Assembly: GCF_009914755.1 (NCBI RefSeq)
Contig: NC_060932.1
Direction: 5' to 3' (one strand)
Length of the DNA: 64,000 bases
Origin: the human T2T-CHM13v2.0 reference genome, Homo sapiens
Shown here: piece by piece, positions 11,761 through 29,084 of the stretch
Layout of the letters: each line of letters begins with the position of its first letter
How positions within the stretch are numbered: the first letter of the stretch is position 1
The notes under the pieces: generated by a model
What the model was told of the DNA's origin: nothing
The model's input: only the letters and a program-made list of their open reading frames with translations
The model's database searches: none
Position numbers and translations under genes: made by a program

Positions 11761-14300
11761 GTAGACCTTCCTCAATGGGTCTTTTGAAACACAATGTTGA
11801 TTTCTTTTTCCTGTAGGTGACAGTAGGGAAAGAAGACGCTACCATTGCTTAGCCATCCCACCAACTCATCTCATTACATCTGTACACACAGCTCAACAGG
11901 CAAAACCCTCTCTGGGAATGTGATTCTTCCTGGCAAAGCAGGCATGAACAGAGACGAAGAATGCCAATACCCTCTTGACCATCAAGATATGCCAAAACCA
12001 CTTTAGAGAATATTGGAATAAAGTGCCTGAGAACAGATCACCCAAGAAAAAGTGGGTATAATCCTAAAATGTTCATTTACCACACCAAATAGCTGCCATT
12101 TCCCTTTGTTTATGCCATAAGCAACTAGAATTAGAGGTTGAATTTTGCAGTGAAGCCGCTGCATAACTACGAAGTCTAGATACAGCTCAGCCTGGATGCT
12201 TTCAGATTCCAGCTTTCAGAGGCAGGAGATGCAGACGGCCTCCACTTCCAGAATCCATTAAAAGAGAGTTGCAGGCACTCATGGTTTCACCCTAACAGCA
12301 AAGAAACCTCCATCTCAGAAGCATTAATCCTTCTCCAAGGTGAACCTAGGAAGGTGACAGAAGTGTAGCTATTATTATCGCAATTTGTTTCCTACAAACA
12401 GCAGCCTCCAGGTGGAGAAATGTGAGTAGTTAACTTGCTTTGTTCTTCTAGATTATTTCTTCCCACTGAGTCCCCAGGGAGCCACCTCAGACAGGGCAGA
12501 GCAGCCCTTTCCTGTCCTATCATGTGGAGAACAGCCCAGGATCTATTGGTTGCTGCAGAACCTAGTCTCTCCCCTGTAGACAATTAGACATTTTGAGAGC
12601 AGAGCATGTCAATCCTGAATCAAAAGACACAGAGAAACCCAATTATCCTACAAAGAAAACAGAAAATAAAAGTCATCACCCCCATCCTCTTCACAGGTTG
12701 ACAGAGGAACAACTTCTAATTCATTCTGATGACACTTTTGAGGTAAAGACTTGGTTCAGTTGCTTTTGTGAATCTATCTTTTTTAAAAAAATATTTGGGG
12801 GCTCTGAAAATATGGCTGTACTTTTGCTTACAGTCAGAAAAAAAAATCAGATATCTTACCATAATGCTTAAGAGATTAAAAAAATGTTTTTGCTTTTACT
12901 CCTCAGGCTTCCAAAAAATCATATTTTCCTCAGGCTTCTTCTATAAGGCCTGCTTTTTTTGGTCTCACTTCTAACTGAGGAAAAAAAGGTAAGACATATT
13001 AAAAGGAAAAAAGTTTGCTCCCTTGTAATTAAATCTATTCAAGAAGAATTTTTCATATTTCAAGAAAAGAATGTTAAATATGTGCTAGGGGCCTGGACTT
13101 TATTTCCCTATCTTGTAACAAGGTGTGTGAAAAAATATTGATTTGCTCCTGAGAGATGCTGGAGGAACTTAATGAAAGTTGTTAAATACTTTGGAATCCT
13201 TTGATGGAAGAGAACATATAAAAGTGTAATGTGCTTTTGTTTCATGTGAAGTTTTTAGAAACCAGAAGGAAACCCTGTCACACCCCACCCTATTGCAAAC
13301 AATGTGCTCACAAAGATATCTTTTCAATATCCGTGTATATTTGATTGTGATAAATATAGTGTCTGACCTTTAACAGACATAAAAGTGAAAACACAAAGAA
13401 ACTGGACACTCCTTGATGGCTCTCGCCTATTTTCACAGAGCCTCTCAGCATATTGATTGGCTAGAAAACACTGCTGAGAGCTAGTATATGACTCTTAACA
13501 AACACATTCCATTGCAGGAGGAGTGTGTGGGCTTCTGAGACCCTACACAAGATAAGTTACATGGAACAAAGGCTGAAATAGTCAATAAACCTGACCTTGT
13601 GACAGGAGGCCATCAGGAAGCTCTGCGTGACTTTTGTCCAGGAATAGCCAATTCCCCCTCTTGGTTCTCTATACAGTGGAGAACATATATATCCCCCTGA
13701 TTAAAGGCTCTGAAAGGATAGTCTTAGCTGATGCCTCCAAGAGAAAGTTGTTCTTCTGTCAACAAAGTCACCACCATGAAATTCAACTGGAGAAGCTTTG
13801 GCTTTTCTTCATCATTCTGTCAAGAACTTAGCCTATTCACTTTTCACTCTTACACCCTCCCAGCATTCTCTCTCTGGCCTGTGTCTACATAATAAAGTTG
13901 TTGAAGCAGTGTCTCTGAACCATCACCTGTGAGAGAACTGTACACATTTCCTTTGGCATTGAAGGCTTTCTTTCCTGCAGGTCAGGTGCTGGCTATGACT
14001 TCTTGATTGGGTTCTAGCAGAATGCTGTGTTTGGAATTTTAGCAAAGGAGCCTACTTCTCAGGAGACACACTGTATCGTCACTGTTAGAAATTTTCTGCT
14101 CTTAGTAGAAAAGGGAGTAGGGAGTTTGGCAGGGAGCAGAAAACTTTCCTTGGGTACCGCAGTGGTATTCAGTTGGCCTTGGAAGAGCTATGGTGTATAC
14201 AGCCACACACTGGCTGATGACAGAATAAGAGAAGTGAATTTTACCACACTTGTGAGTCATTTTCTTCCTTGGCCTCTCACCTAATGAAAAGAAACTTCAG

Positions 14301-14611
14301 GGCTGGGCGTGGTGGCACACATCTGTAATCCCAGAATTTTGGGAGGCCAAGGCAGGCAGATCACTTGACATCAGGAGTTTGAGACCAGCCTGGCCAACAT
14401 GGTGAAACCTCCCCTCTACTAAAAATACAAAACTTAGTCGGGCATGGGAGCGTGCACCTGTAATCCCAGCTACTTGGGAGGCTGAGGTGGCCGAATCACT
14501 TTAACCCAGGAGGTGGAGGTTGCTGTTTGAGCTGAGATAATGCCACTGCACTCCAGCTTGGGTGACAAAGCAAGACTCTGTCTCAAAAAAAAAAAAAAAC
14601 AAAAAAAACAA
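14301..14611 (+). mobile_element. Alu (S-type)
   Basis: Full dimer with A/C tail; TSD aaaagaaacttca / aaaaaaaacttca. Confidence 0.93.
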
Positions 14612-15528
14612 AAAAAAAACTTCAACTGTAGGCTCAACTACCTCACTTGTTTTATTAGCCAATCTTATTAGGCTCAGATTTGCTGTCTAATGGTTTCTGC
14701 TCAGATCATGGCCTTTTAAACTGGCCAGGCCACCTAATGAAGTAGTAGGTTCATGCAACTTTAATCTTCTGGCACTCTCACCCTTTCCTTAGCTTTGGCC
14801 TCTACCCTCACTTTGGAATTGAGCATGGATCTTAAGTATTTGAACCTTGGCTTTTCCCAGTGCATAGGATCTAGCTGTTCCTCTAGCCTTGAAGCCTGTG
14901 GTTATCTCTCAAGAGTATTTCATCCTAGATTTTACTCACAGAACCTAACAGTGACCTCAAACCCTGGACTAACCTCCCAAATGGGCTACCCATGGCGATC
15001 CATGTTGAAAAGGACTCATGTGAGGTTCTGGAACTTGGAATTAATGTCATTGTGATGGGTCCTGGACACTTACATGCTTTGTCAATATGCTTCGTCTTCA
15101 TTCCTGCCATGGTTGTTCAAATCAGGGAACTCCTAGCATTTCAGATCCCCAGGTAAGAGTGGATTTCTCCCCTGAAGCCAGAGAGAAACCAGGCAACTGG
15201 AAACCTGGAATTCTGCTCAGCTACTTTCTACAAACTCAGTCCTACTAATTTTCTTTTCTTTCAGAAGTTGGGTGGTTTCCAATTCAAGTTGGTGTTCTTA
15301 TTCTTTTTTTTTATTTTATTATTATTATACTTTAAGTTTTAAGGTACATGTGCACAATGTGCAGATTAGTTACATATGTATACATGTGCCATACTGGTGT
15401 GCTGCACCCATTAACTCGTCATTTAGCATAAGGTATATCTCCTAATGCTATCCCTCCCCGATCCCCCCACCCCACAACAGTCCCCAGAGTGTGATGTTCC
15501 CCTTCCTGTGTCCATGTGTTCTCACTGT

Positions 15529-19355
<3,827 letters not shown>

Positions 19356-19418
19356 TATGATGTTAGCTGGTTATTTTGCTCGTTAGTTGATGCAGTTTCT
19401 TCCTAGCCTTGATGGTCT

Positions 19419-20422
19419 TTACAATTTGGCATGATTTTGCAGTGGCTGGTACTGGTTTTTCCTTTCCATGTTTAGCGCTTCCTTCAGGAGGTCTTTTAGG
19501 GCAGGCCTGGTGGTGACAAAATCTCTCAGCATTTGCTTGTCTGTAAAGGATTTTATTTCTCCTTCACTTATGAAGCTTAGTTTGGCTGGATATGAAATTC
19601 TGGGTTGAAAATTCTTTTCTTTAAGAATGTTGAATATTGGCCCCCAATCTCCTCTGGCTTGTAGAGTTTCTGCCGAGAGATCTGATGGGCTTCCCTTTGT
19701 GGGTAACCCGACCTTTCTCTCTGGCTGCCCTTAACATTTTTTCCTTCATTTCAACTTTGGTGAATCTGACCATTATGTGTATTGGAGTTGCTCTTCTCAA
19801 GGAGTATCTTTGTGACGTTCTCTGTATTTCCTGAATCTGAATGTTGGCCTGCCTTGCTAGATTGGGGAAGTTCTCCTGGATAATATCCTGCAGAGTGTTT
19901 TCCAGTTTGGTTCCATTCTCCCCGTCACTTTCAGGTACACCAATCAGATGTAGATTTGGTCTTTTCACATAGTCCCATATTTCTTGGAGGCTTTGTTTGT
20001 TTCTTTTTATTCTTTTTTCTCTAAACTTCCCTTCTTGCTTCATTTCATTCATTTCATCTTCCATAACTGATACCCTTTCTACCAGTTGATCGCATCAGCT
20101 CCTGAGGCTTCTGCATTCTTCACATAGTTCTTGAGCCTTGGCTTTCAGCTCCATCAGCTCCTTTAAGCACTTCTCTGTATTGGTTATTCTAGTTATACAT
20201 TCATCTAAATTTTTTTCAAAGTTTTTAACTTCTTTGCCTTTGGTTTGAATTTCCTCCTGTAGCTCGGAGTAGTTTGATCGTCTGAAGCCTTCTTCTCTCA
20301 ACTCGTCAAAGTCATTCTCTGTCCAGCTTTGTTCCGTTGCTAGTGAGGAACTGTGTTCCTTTGGAGGAGGAGAGGCACTCTGCTTTTTAGAGTTTCCCAT
20401 TTTTCTGCTGTTTTTTCCCCAC
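19419..20422 (-). pseudogene. L1 ORF1 (RNA chaperone), disrupted
   Basis: Pieces NSKKQSASPPPKE, LQEIWDYVKRPNL, IIQENFPNLARQ; start codon reads GTG (cac at 20420-20422); premature stop near 20095 and a small deletion near 19680. Confidence 0.9.
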
Positions 20423-21449
20423 CTTTGTGGTTTTATCTACTTTTGGTCTTTGATGATGGTGATGTACAGATGGGTTTTTGGTGTGGATGTCCTTTCTGTT
20501 TGTTAGTTTTCCTTTTAACAGACAGGACTCTCAGCTGCAGGTCTGTTGGAGTTTGCTAGAGGTCCACTCCAGACCCTGTTTGCCTGGGTATCAGCAGCAG
20601 TGGCGGCAGAACAGCGGATTTTCATGAACTGCAAATGCGGCTGTCTGATCATTCCTCTGGGAGTTTTGTCTCAGAGGAGTACCCGGCCATGTAAGGTGTC
20701 AGTCTGCCCCTACTGGGGGGTGCCTCCCAGTTAGGCTGCTTGGGGGTCAGGGGTCAGGGACCCACTTGAGGAGGCAGTCTGCCCATTCTCAGATCTCCAG
20801 CTGCACGCTGGGAGAACCACTGCTCTCTTCAAAGCTTTCAGACAGGGACATTTAAGTCTGCAGAGGTTACTGCTGTCTTTTTGTTTGTCTGTGCCCTGCC
20901 CCCAGAGGTGGAGCCTACAGAGGCAGGCAGGCCTCCTTGAGCTGTGGTGGGATCCACCCAGTTCGAGCCTCCCGGCTGCCTTGTTTACCTAAGCAAGCCT
21001 GGGAAATGGCGGGCGCCCCTCCCCCAGCCTCGCTGCCACCGTGCAGTTTGATCTCAGACTGCTGTGCTAGCAATCAGCGAGACTCCATGGGCGTAGGACC
21101 CTCGAGCCATGTGCGGGATATAATCTCCTGGTGTGCCATTTTTTAAGCCCGTCGGAAAAGCGCAGTATTAGGGTGGGAGTGACCCGATTTTCCAGGTGCC
21201 GTCTGTCACACCTTTCTTTGACTAGGAAAGGGAACTCCCTGACCCCTTGCACTTCCCAAGTGAGGCAATGCCTCGCCCTGCTTCAGCTCGCGCATGGTGC
21301 GCTGCACCCACTGTACTGAGCCCGCTGTCTGGCACTCCCTAGTGAGATGAACCTGGTACCTCAGATGGAAATGCAGAAATCACCTGTCTTCTACGTCACT
21401 CACACTGGGAGCTGTAGACCGGAGCTGTTCCTATTCGGCCATCTTGGCT
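20423..21449. promoter_or_regulatory. L1 5'UTR with sense (leftward) and antisense (rightward) promoters
   Basis: Relatively CpG-rich; YY1 site (ggccatcttg at 21437-21446, = CAAGATGGCC on the L1 strand) intact. Activity not shown. Confidence 0.7.
21006..21225 (+). pseudogene. L1 ORF0 (antisense ORF), frameshifted
   Basis: ATG at 21006 gives MAGAPPPASLPPCSLISDCCASNQRDSMGVGPS; the C-terminal part FLSPSEKRSIRVGVTRFSRC is in another frame. Confidence 0.85.
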
Positions 21450-21923
21450 GCCAGAAGAGCATTCTTATTCTTTTTCATGCTGAATAGTATTCTATATTAT
21501 AGAAGTATCATAGCATTTGTTTTTCTATTGATATTAGGTTGTTTCTGATTTTTTCTAATATAAACATTCTATTGTGAATATCCTTACACATGTTTTTGTG
21601 CACTATTTCCCACCATGGAATTTAAACTGCTGTGTCATAAGGCATAAATATTTTGACAGATACTGACAGATGGCCTTCCTAAAATGTTGTATCTGTCCAG
21701 CCATCTAAGAAACTATTGGGAGAATCTTGAATTTTGCACACGCTGTTCCACTAGTTGGAACGCTTTTCCTGGTAGGTTCTCAGGCTGTTTTCTTCTTATC
21801 CTTCAGATCTCAACTAAAATGTAACCCTTCCTAAGAAACATTTTCTGATCGCCATAGCTAAAGCCACCTCTCCTCATCACTTTAACATGTCTCACCTTCT
21901 CCACAGCATTTGTTAGTGCCTGA

Positions 21924-22253
<330 letters not shown>

Positions 22254-22439
22254 CCTATTTCTTTTTAAATATGTGGTTTTCCCTGCATCACTCTTCATTA
22301 GAATATATACACCCTGAGGGAGGGATTCTGTTTTGCATCCTCAGCACTTAGAATAGTGGCTGTTGCAGCAGAAATGCTCAAGAAACAAGTGATAAATGAC
22401 TAGTTACTCCATATTCTTTCTAACACTAGTTTTATTTAT

Positions 22440-22650
22440 TTGCCAAACATGTTAAGAGTACTTACTTTTGACTAGGTGCCGTTCTCAGCACTTTACACCT
22501 ATTAATGAATTTTATGGTCATGACAGCCCTTGAGGTAGGTAGTATTACTAATCCCATTTACAGAAAAGAAAACAGACATGGAGAGAGTAAGTCATTTGTC
22601 CAAGATTTGATACCTGATCAGTTATGGAGCTGGGATTCAAACTCAGGCTT
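22440..22650 (-). mobile_element. MIR
   Basis: acagcccttgaggtaggtagtattactaatcccatttacagaaaagaaaacagac...ggagctgggattcaaactcagg. Confidence 0.75.
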
Positions 22651-24093
22651 TTTGATGGGAGAACAATGAGATCTCATTGCTATTTCACTTTTTATCCCTC
22701 TGATTACTAATGGTGTTGGGGCTCATTCCATGTATGCATTGACCATGATAAATTCCTTTATGTGAACTGGCTCTTTTGGGGGTTGGTGGTATGTTTTATT
22801 AACCTTTTCCTCCTTCCTTTCAGCATTCCTTCCTTCCTTTTGTTATTGTTGTATAGAAGTGATATTTGAATAATTTTGAATAATTTGAATTATTCTTTCT
22901 CTATTGCTCTGTGGGCTGGGTTTGCACCAACAAAGAGTATAATTGGTCAGGGCAGCTTGGGTCAGGTAGAAAGAATCAGCAAGGAATTCTTCAGAGTTAT
23001 TTCCATTCCAATTTGGCCCAGTTGCTGAATTTAGAGCTAGAGGGCTTTCCACTGGGCCTGCTGTGCTGGGGTGAGATGCTCAGGGATGGGGGTCTCCTCC
23101 AGGGCCCAGAGAGGACAAGACATGAGCTCAGAGACAGATGCCATACCAAAGATAGCGGCAAAAACACTGACTGCATTTGGAGGGATGACCGAGCCCTGGC
23201 AGAGCCAAGGAGGAAGAGAAGACTAGAGTTCTACAAGACACCAAGGTTAAATACAGACACTGCAGAATGTGCACACCTCATATGGCAGGCAGTACACACT
23301 CAGGGGCGTGTAAGAAGCCAGGAAGTCCCTTTTTTCCTGTGTCACACAGTGAGTAAGGCCTCCTCATACCCCAGGAGCCATCTGAAGAGCTGGGGAAAAG
23401 GCAAGGAAATGGAAAGACAGTCAATATCTCATCAAATAATGAGTTATACCCAGAGAAACTGTTTAAATTATTGGGTCATATTTAGTTTAAATTTAATTGG
23501 CCTGAATTACTTACCTCAGTTCCTGCTACTTATTAATTGGGGGCTGTAAGAGAGGTCAAAGGAATTTTGACGACTTGAGGAAAATCTGAGGAAATTTACT
23601 GTCTTGCAGCAATAGGAATTTTTTTGTTTTTAATATTAATAATGCTTACTATCAGTTTCTGCAAGATACTTTAAACAGATTTGTGCTGATTCTTTCTATT
23701 CCTAACTTTTTATGAATTTTTATAGAGAATGAAAATTAAATTTAAGAAGTATCTTTTAGCTTCTATTGTTTTCACTTTATAACTTTTTGCAGTAAAATGC
23801 CTCAATATATTGCCTAATGTCAAATCCTCCCTAAATTCCTGGGATAAATAATTTTTCTAAGTATTAACTTATTTTATTAACTAAATTTTTCTAAATATTA
23901 ACAGTTGTTATTTTTAAAATATTTTGTGGTCACTGCTAGAGATTTTCAATAGAAATAAAGTTACATATGCATACAGAAACTACCACCTTGATCAATATCC
24001 TATCTGTGCTACTATGTAAATAACGTTTTCCCCATAAACTATCTAGTGATATTAACATTTCAAGAAGCTGCACAATGGCTATCCTTTAAGTAA

Positions 24094-24397
<304 letters not shown>

Positions 24398-25068
24398 GTC
24401 TAAGTAACTGACTTTTATTGGTGCATTTTCTTTCCTCATAATTTCTTCTTAGAGAGCCTTGTTCTTTTCCATCCCCACCAAGGCAGAAGAAGTGATGGAT
24501 CCCTTCTGTTAGTGCGTGATCTACTAACCCCAGCCTTTGTTGGATAATTGGACTGAGCATAAGTATCTGACCCATGAGATTTTTTCTAACCTTCTTTCTC
24601 TTGAGCATTTGATCAGGAGTTGGTTTCCAGTTGTCTGTGGAGATGGGAGGTTAGGTAGACACAGGGTCCAGAGTGGCCATTTTTGGATCACGTATGCTGG
24701 TGAACAAGCAGGGTGAGTGTTTCAGCAAAGAGAAGCACTGGCAAAATCCCCCACCCTTTTGTGATTCTTCGTATTGGGTAAAAGAGCTAACCTTAAAGGA
24801 CTGACTTGCCCTTGCATATTCTGAGACAAAATCCATTTCCAGCCTTCCTCAATGACTCCCTCATTTTATAAAATCCCAAGATGTCTCCATCTTCTTTGAG
24901 ATGTTCCTCATTAATGAGTGTTCTTCCTATTGCAATATCCTAAATGTAAGCACCTTAGTTGTCTGGTGCATTTTGTTTTCTAAATGCATATAGAAACATG
25001 ACTTTATGAGTGGCCAGGCAAGATGAAAGACACGAAGAGTCAGGGAGAGGACCTGCCCTGGTTCCAGA

Positions 25069-25868
25069 TGTAATCACCCAATGGGCTCTTCCTGCTTGCT
25101 GCACAGACAAAACCAATTTACTGAGACCATAGTATAGCAATAGAGAAAGACTTTGATTAACATGCAGCCAGTTTCATGGGAGAACTGAATTTGTCACTCA
25201 AATCAGTCTCCCCAAAGGCTCAGAGGTGAAGGTTTTTCAAGGATAGTTTGGTGGGCAGGGGACTAGGGATTGGGTCTGCTGATTGGCTGGAGATGCAATC
25301 ACAGGGGTGTGAAAAACAGTCCTTGTGCACTGAATCTGTCTCTGTGGGGGGGAGCTGCAGGGCTGGTTAAATCATGAGTCATGAGTCCAAGTGAGGTTGG
25401 TTTGAAAAAATCTCAGTAGAACAATCTTAGTTTTTAAAATAATGATGTTATCTATAGGAGCAACTGGGGAAGTCACTTAACTTGTGACCTCTGGCCACAT
25501 GACTCCTGGGCATTAAGGGATTATAGAAACTATATCTATATTTTAGCAGAATTGCAGCCTCTCCCATAATTCTAATCTTGTGGCCTCTCATTAGTCTTAC
25601 AAAGGTGGCTTCAGCCCCAGAACAAGGAGAGAAGCAGTTTTAGGGAGGGACTATTATCATCCTTGATCCAAAATTGAACAATAAACTTCCCATGTACATT
25701 GGGAAGTTTATTGGGAAATATTTTTTATTATTAAACAAGTCTTCCCATGGTTAGCTTGGCCAATGCACAGGAATGAGCAAAGAGAGCCAGCCTGTGAAGG
25801 TAGAGGCAAGATGGAGTCAGCCATGCTAGATTTCTGTTGCTATCATCATCTTGACAAAGGCAGTTTCG
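25069..25868 (-). mobile_element. LTR8A-like solo LTR (ERV1)
   Basis: tgtaatcacccaatggg...gcaagatggagtcagccatgctagattt...aaaggcagtttcg; homologous to 51293-52006. Confidence 0.82.
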
Positions 25869-26577
25869 CTGACAGCTTTCCAGAGCCCAGGCCTCGCTGA
25901 TCAGGAGGTGCTTCTGTGCTTCCTGCTTTGGTGTTCTATGACTTACTTCTGTACTCTTATCTCAGGTCCCCACACCAAGCCAGCTTACGATGATTTCTAC
26001 ATCTTGTGACTCAATCACTCCTTGCTAAGACCATGTCGTATTGCACATTCCTGGAGCATTGTGTCTACAAAGCATGAATGTAATATAAAAACCAATGGGG
26101 GAAAAAAAGATAGAGTGCCTGGGTTAAATTCTAATTTCTCTGCTTTACTTCAGAAACCTAAAATCAGTCCTGAAAACTGCAATAATTAGTTTATTTTACA
26201 CATGCCCTCTTTTCTGACCAATCTTTTATAAAATACCATAATACTGTTAAAAGACAAAGACTGAGCCTTTTACAATTTTTTATTCTAAGGGCCTAAAATG
26301 TGCCTAGCACATAGTAGGCTCTTCTAAACATTGGTGGAAATCTTTTAAACATTGACATGGTACCAAGAAGGATTATGTGCACATTTGAGTTATGCCTTGA
26401 GCCACCAGCATGACCTGGAGTGTATTACTTTGTTTCTCTCACCTTTTTTTTACATATCTGCTTACCTAATGAGTTCCCATAAAGATCAAGAAAAACATGA
26501 GATAAAGGAACCTAAAGCAGTTACTGTCACAGAAACTGGGGTAAAAATCATTGGTATAAAAACTTTCCAGATTCTTC

Positions 26578-27202
<625 letters not shown>

Positions 27203-27309
27203 TAGACAATCTTTTTCTATTATAAGAGAGTTACAACCATGATCCAGTACATAGCCACATTGGAATTTTGGTAAGAAAAAAAATAGTAAGACTTTGTATG
27301 CAGGCTATA

Positions 27310-27618
27310 ATTTTTTTTTCTTTTTTTTTTTTTTTTTTTTAGACAGAGTCTCATTCTGTTGTCCAGGCTGGAGTGCAGTGGCATGATCTCGGCTCACTGC
27401 AACTTCCCCCTTCCGGGTTTGAGCAATTACCTGCCTCAGCCTCCCGAGTAGCTGAGATTGCAGGCGCCTGACACCATGCCTGACTAATTTTTGTATTTTT
27501 AGTAGAAACAGGGTTTCCCCATCTTGGCCAGGCTGGTCTTGAACTCCTGACTTCATGATCCACCCGCCTCAACCTCCCAAAGTGCTGAGATTACAGGCGT
27601 GAGCCACCACTCCGGGCC
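27310..27618 (-). mobile_element. Alu (S-type)
   Basis: Long T tail, full dimer; TSD ggctata on both sides. Confidence 0.92.
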
Positions 27619-29084
27619 GGGCTATAGATTTTTTGTTCAATATTTAGCATAATAAGGTTGGTTACAATATGCTGTAGAAGAGGTGCTCTTGCCACTGAAA
27701 AATACCTAGCCTCAACTGTAAATGGGAGGTAATATAAGAGAAGGTGTCCCCAGCTCCAGCTGTACCCTACTTTGAGGCTTCCAGAAGTTTTCAGTGTACA
27801 GGAATGAATAAATAGTTGGCCTTTGTATGACATTGCTGGGTTAATGAACAGACACACAACTGGGGACAGATTCTGTCAGCAAGTACACTCAATTCTGACG
27901 TAAATCGATGGAAACCATTAATAAAAAAAAAGTTAAATGTGGCAAGAAAGCAAGCAATTAGCTGGTTTTTTTAAAAAAGAGATATTTATTGTTGTTAAAA
28001 CCATAATTAAATTTTGCTTTTGCAGAATAGCTGTTTTCCTCCCAGTTAATGTTATAATTAAATGGAAGAATTGTTATCTTTTGGGATTTAAAATGTATAA
28101 GCAATATTGGATTTACCTTGAGTTAAAAAAAAAAAAGGAAAACAACAAGACAAAATTCAGGAACTTTCAGATGAGCAAATAGAATTTGTTTTTGTACTAG
28201 GTATAGTAATTTAATTTTCAAAACAATGAAATCAGATATTTGAAGAAAAAGTAAGTAATTATCAGTAGTGAAAAAATGAATACAAACATTTCTATTATTA
28301 TTTTCTATAGGGCATTTTTTTAATAAATTGGATTTATCTTGAATCTCATCCACTTACATTAATATGCCCCATTTATTATTTGTTGAATACAGACTGCATA
28401 ACACATGCTGTGCTATATGCCCAAGATACAAAAATATATAATTGCCATATGCAATTCCAAGGCATCCACAGAGAAGGGGTACTGGAGGGAACCTCACCTG
28501 ATAGATATCTGTGATGATGAGGTATATCTCTTCCCTGCTTCCTTGGTGCCTTTAGGTCCTTCCCAGCTATGCATAGGAGGAAAGAATCTCAGGAGGCCAG
28601 GATTCTGTGCCTACATGCTTGAATTAAAGCTTGCAGTGAGGCCTCTCTGGTGCCCTGGTCCCACAGTTCTGTAAGCCACAGATCTGTCTCTTACAGTCTA
28701 GGGGAATAAATTTTCTAGTTTGGGCAAGGGTCTCTTTCTCTTGTTTCTTGCACACTCTGCTTCCCCAACCCATTTACTTCCTGCAAGCTTTATAAGGTAT
28801 TCTATGGGATTAGACTTTGGAAAAATGAAAGCCAAGATTTATAAGGCACCTCTCCTTCTTGGCTTAGCCACACTTCCTTTGAGGCAATGATAATGAGTCC
28901 TCTCTTTTCCATAACTGTGGTCTTAATTCAGACAAGCAAAGTTTTTCAGGAACTATTATAATTACTTTCTCATTTTATTTTTCTCTCTTTTTGGACTCTA
29001 AAGCATTCCACACAAAGTTACCAAATTACTTTTCCATAAAAGTAGCTCTGACCTTGTGATCTCTGGCTCAAATATCCTTCCTGG

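Noticed and set aside
12402-12418. CTCF-like motif cctccaggtggaga (also weak matches near 1183 and 55316)
   Set aside because: Mismatches at core positions; matches of this quality are expected by chance in 64 kb.
22911-23549. 212-aa ORF, the longest not obviously repeat-derived
   Set aside because: Non-ATG start, no recognisable domain, and no supporting exon or promoter context; consistent with chance.
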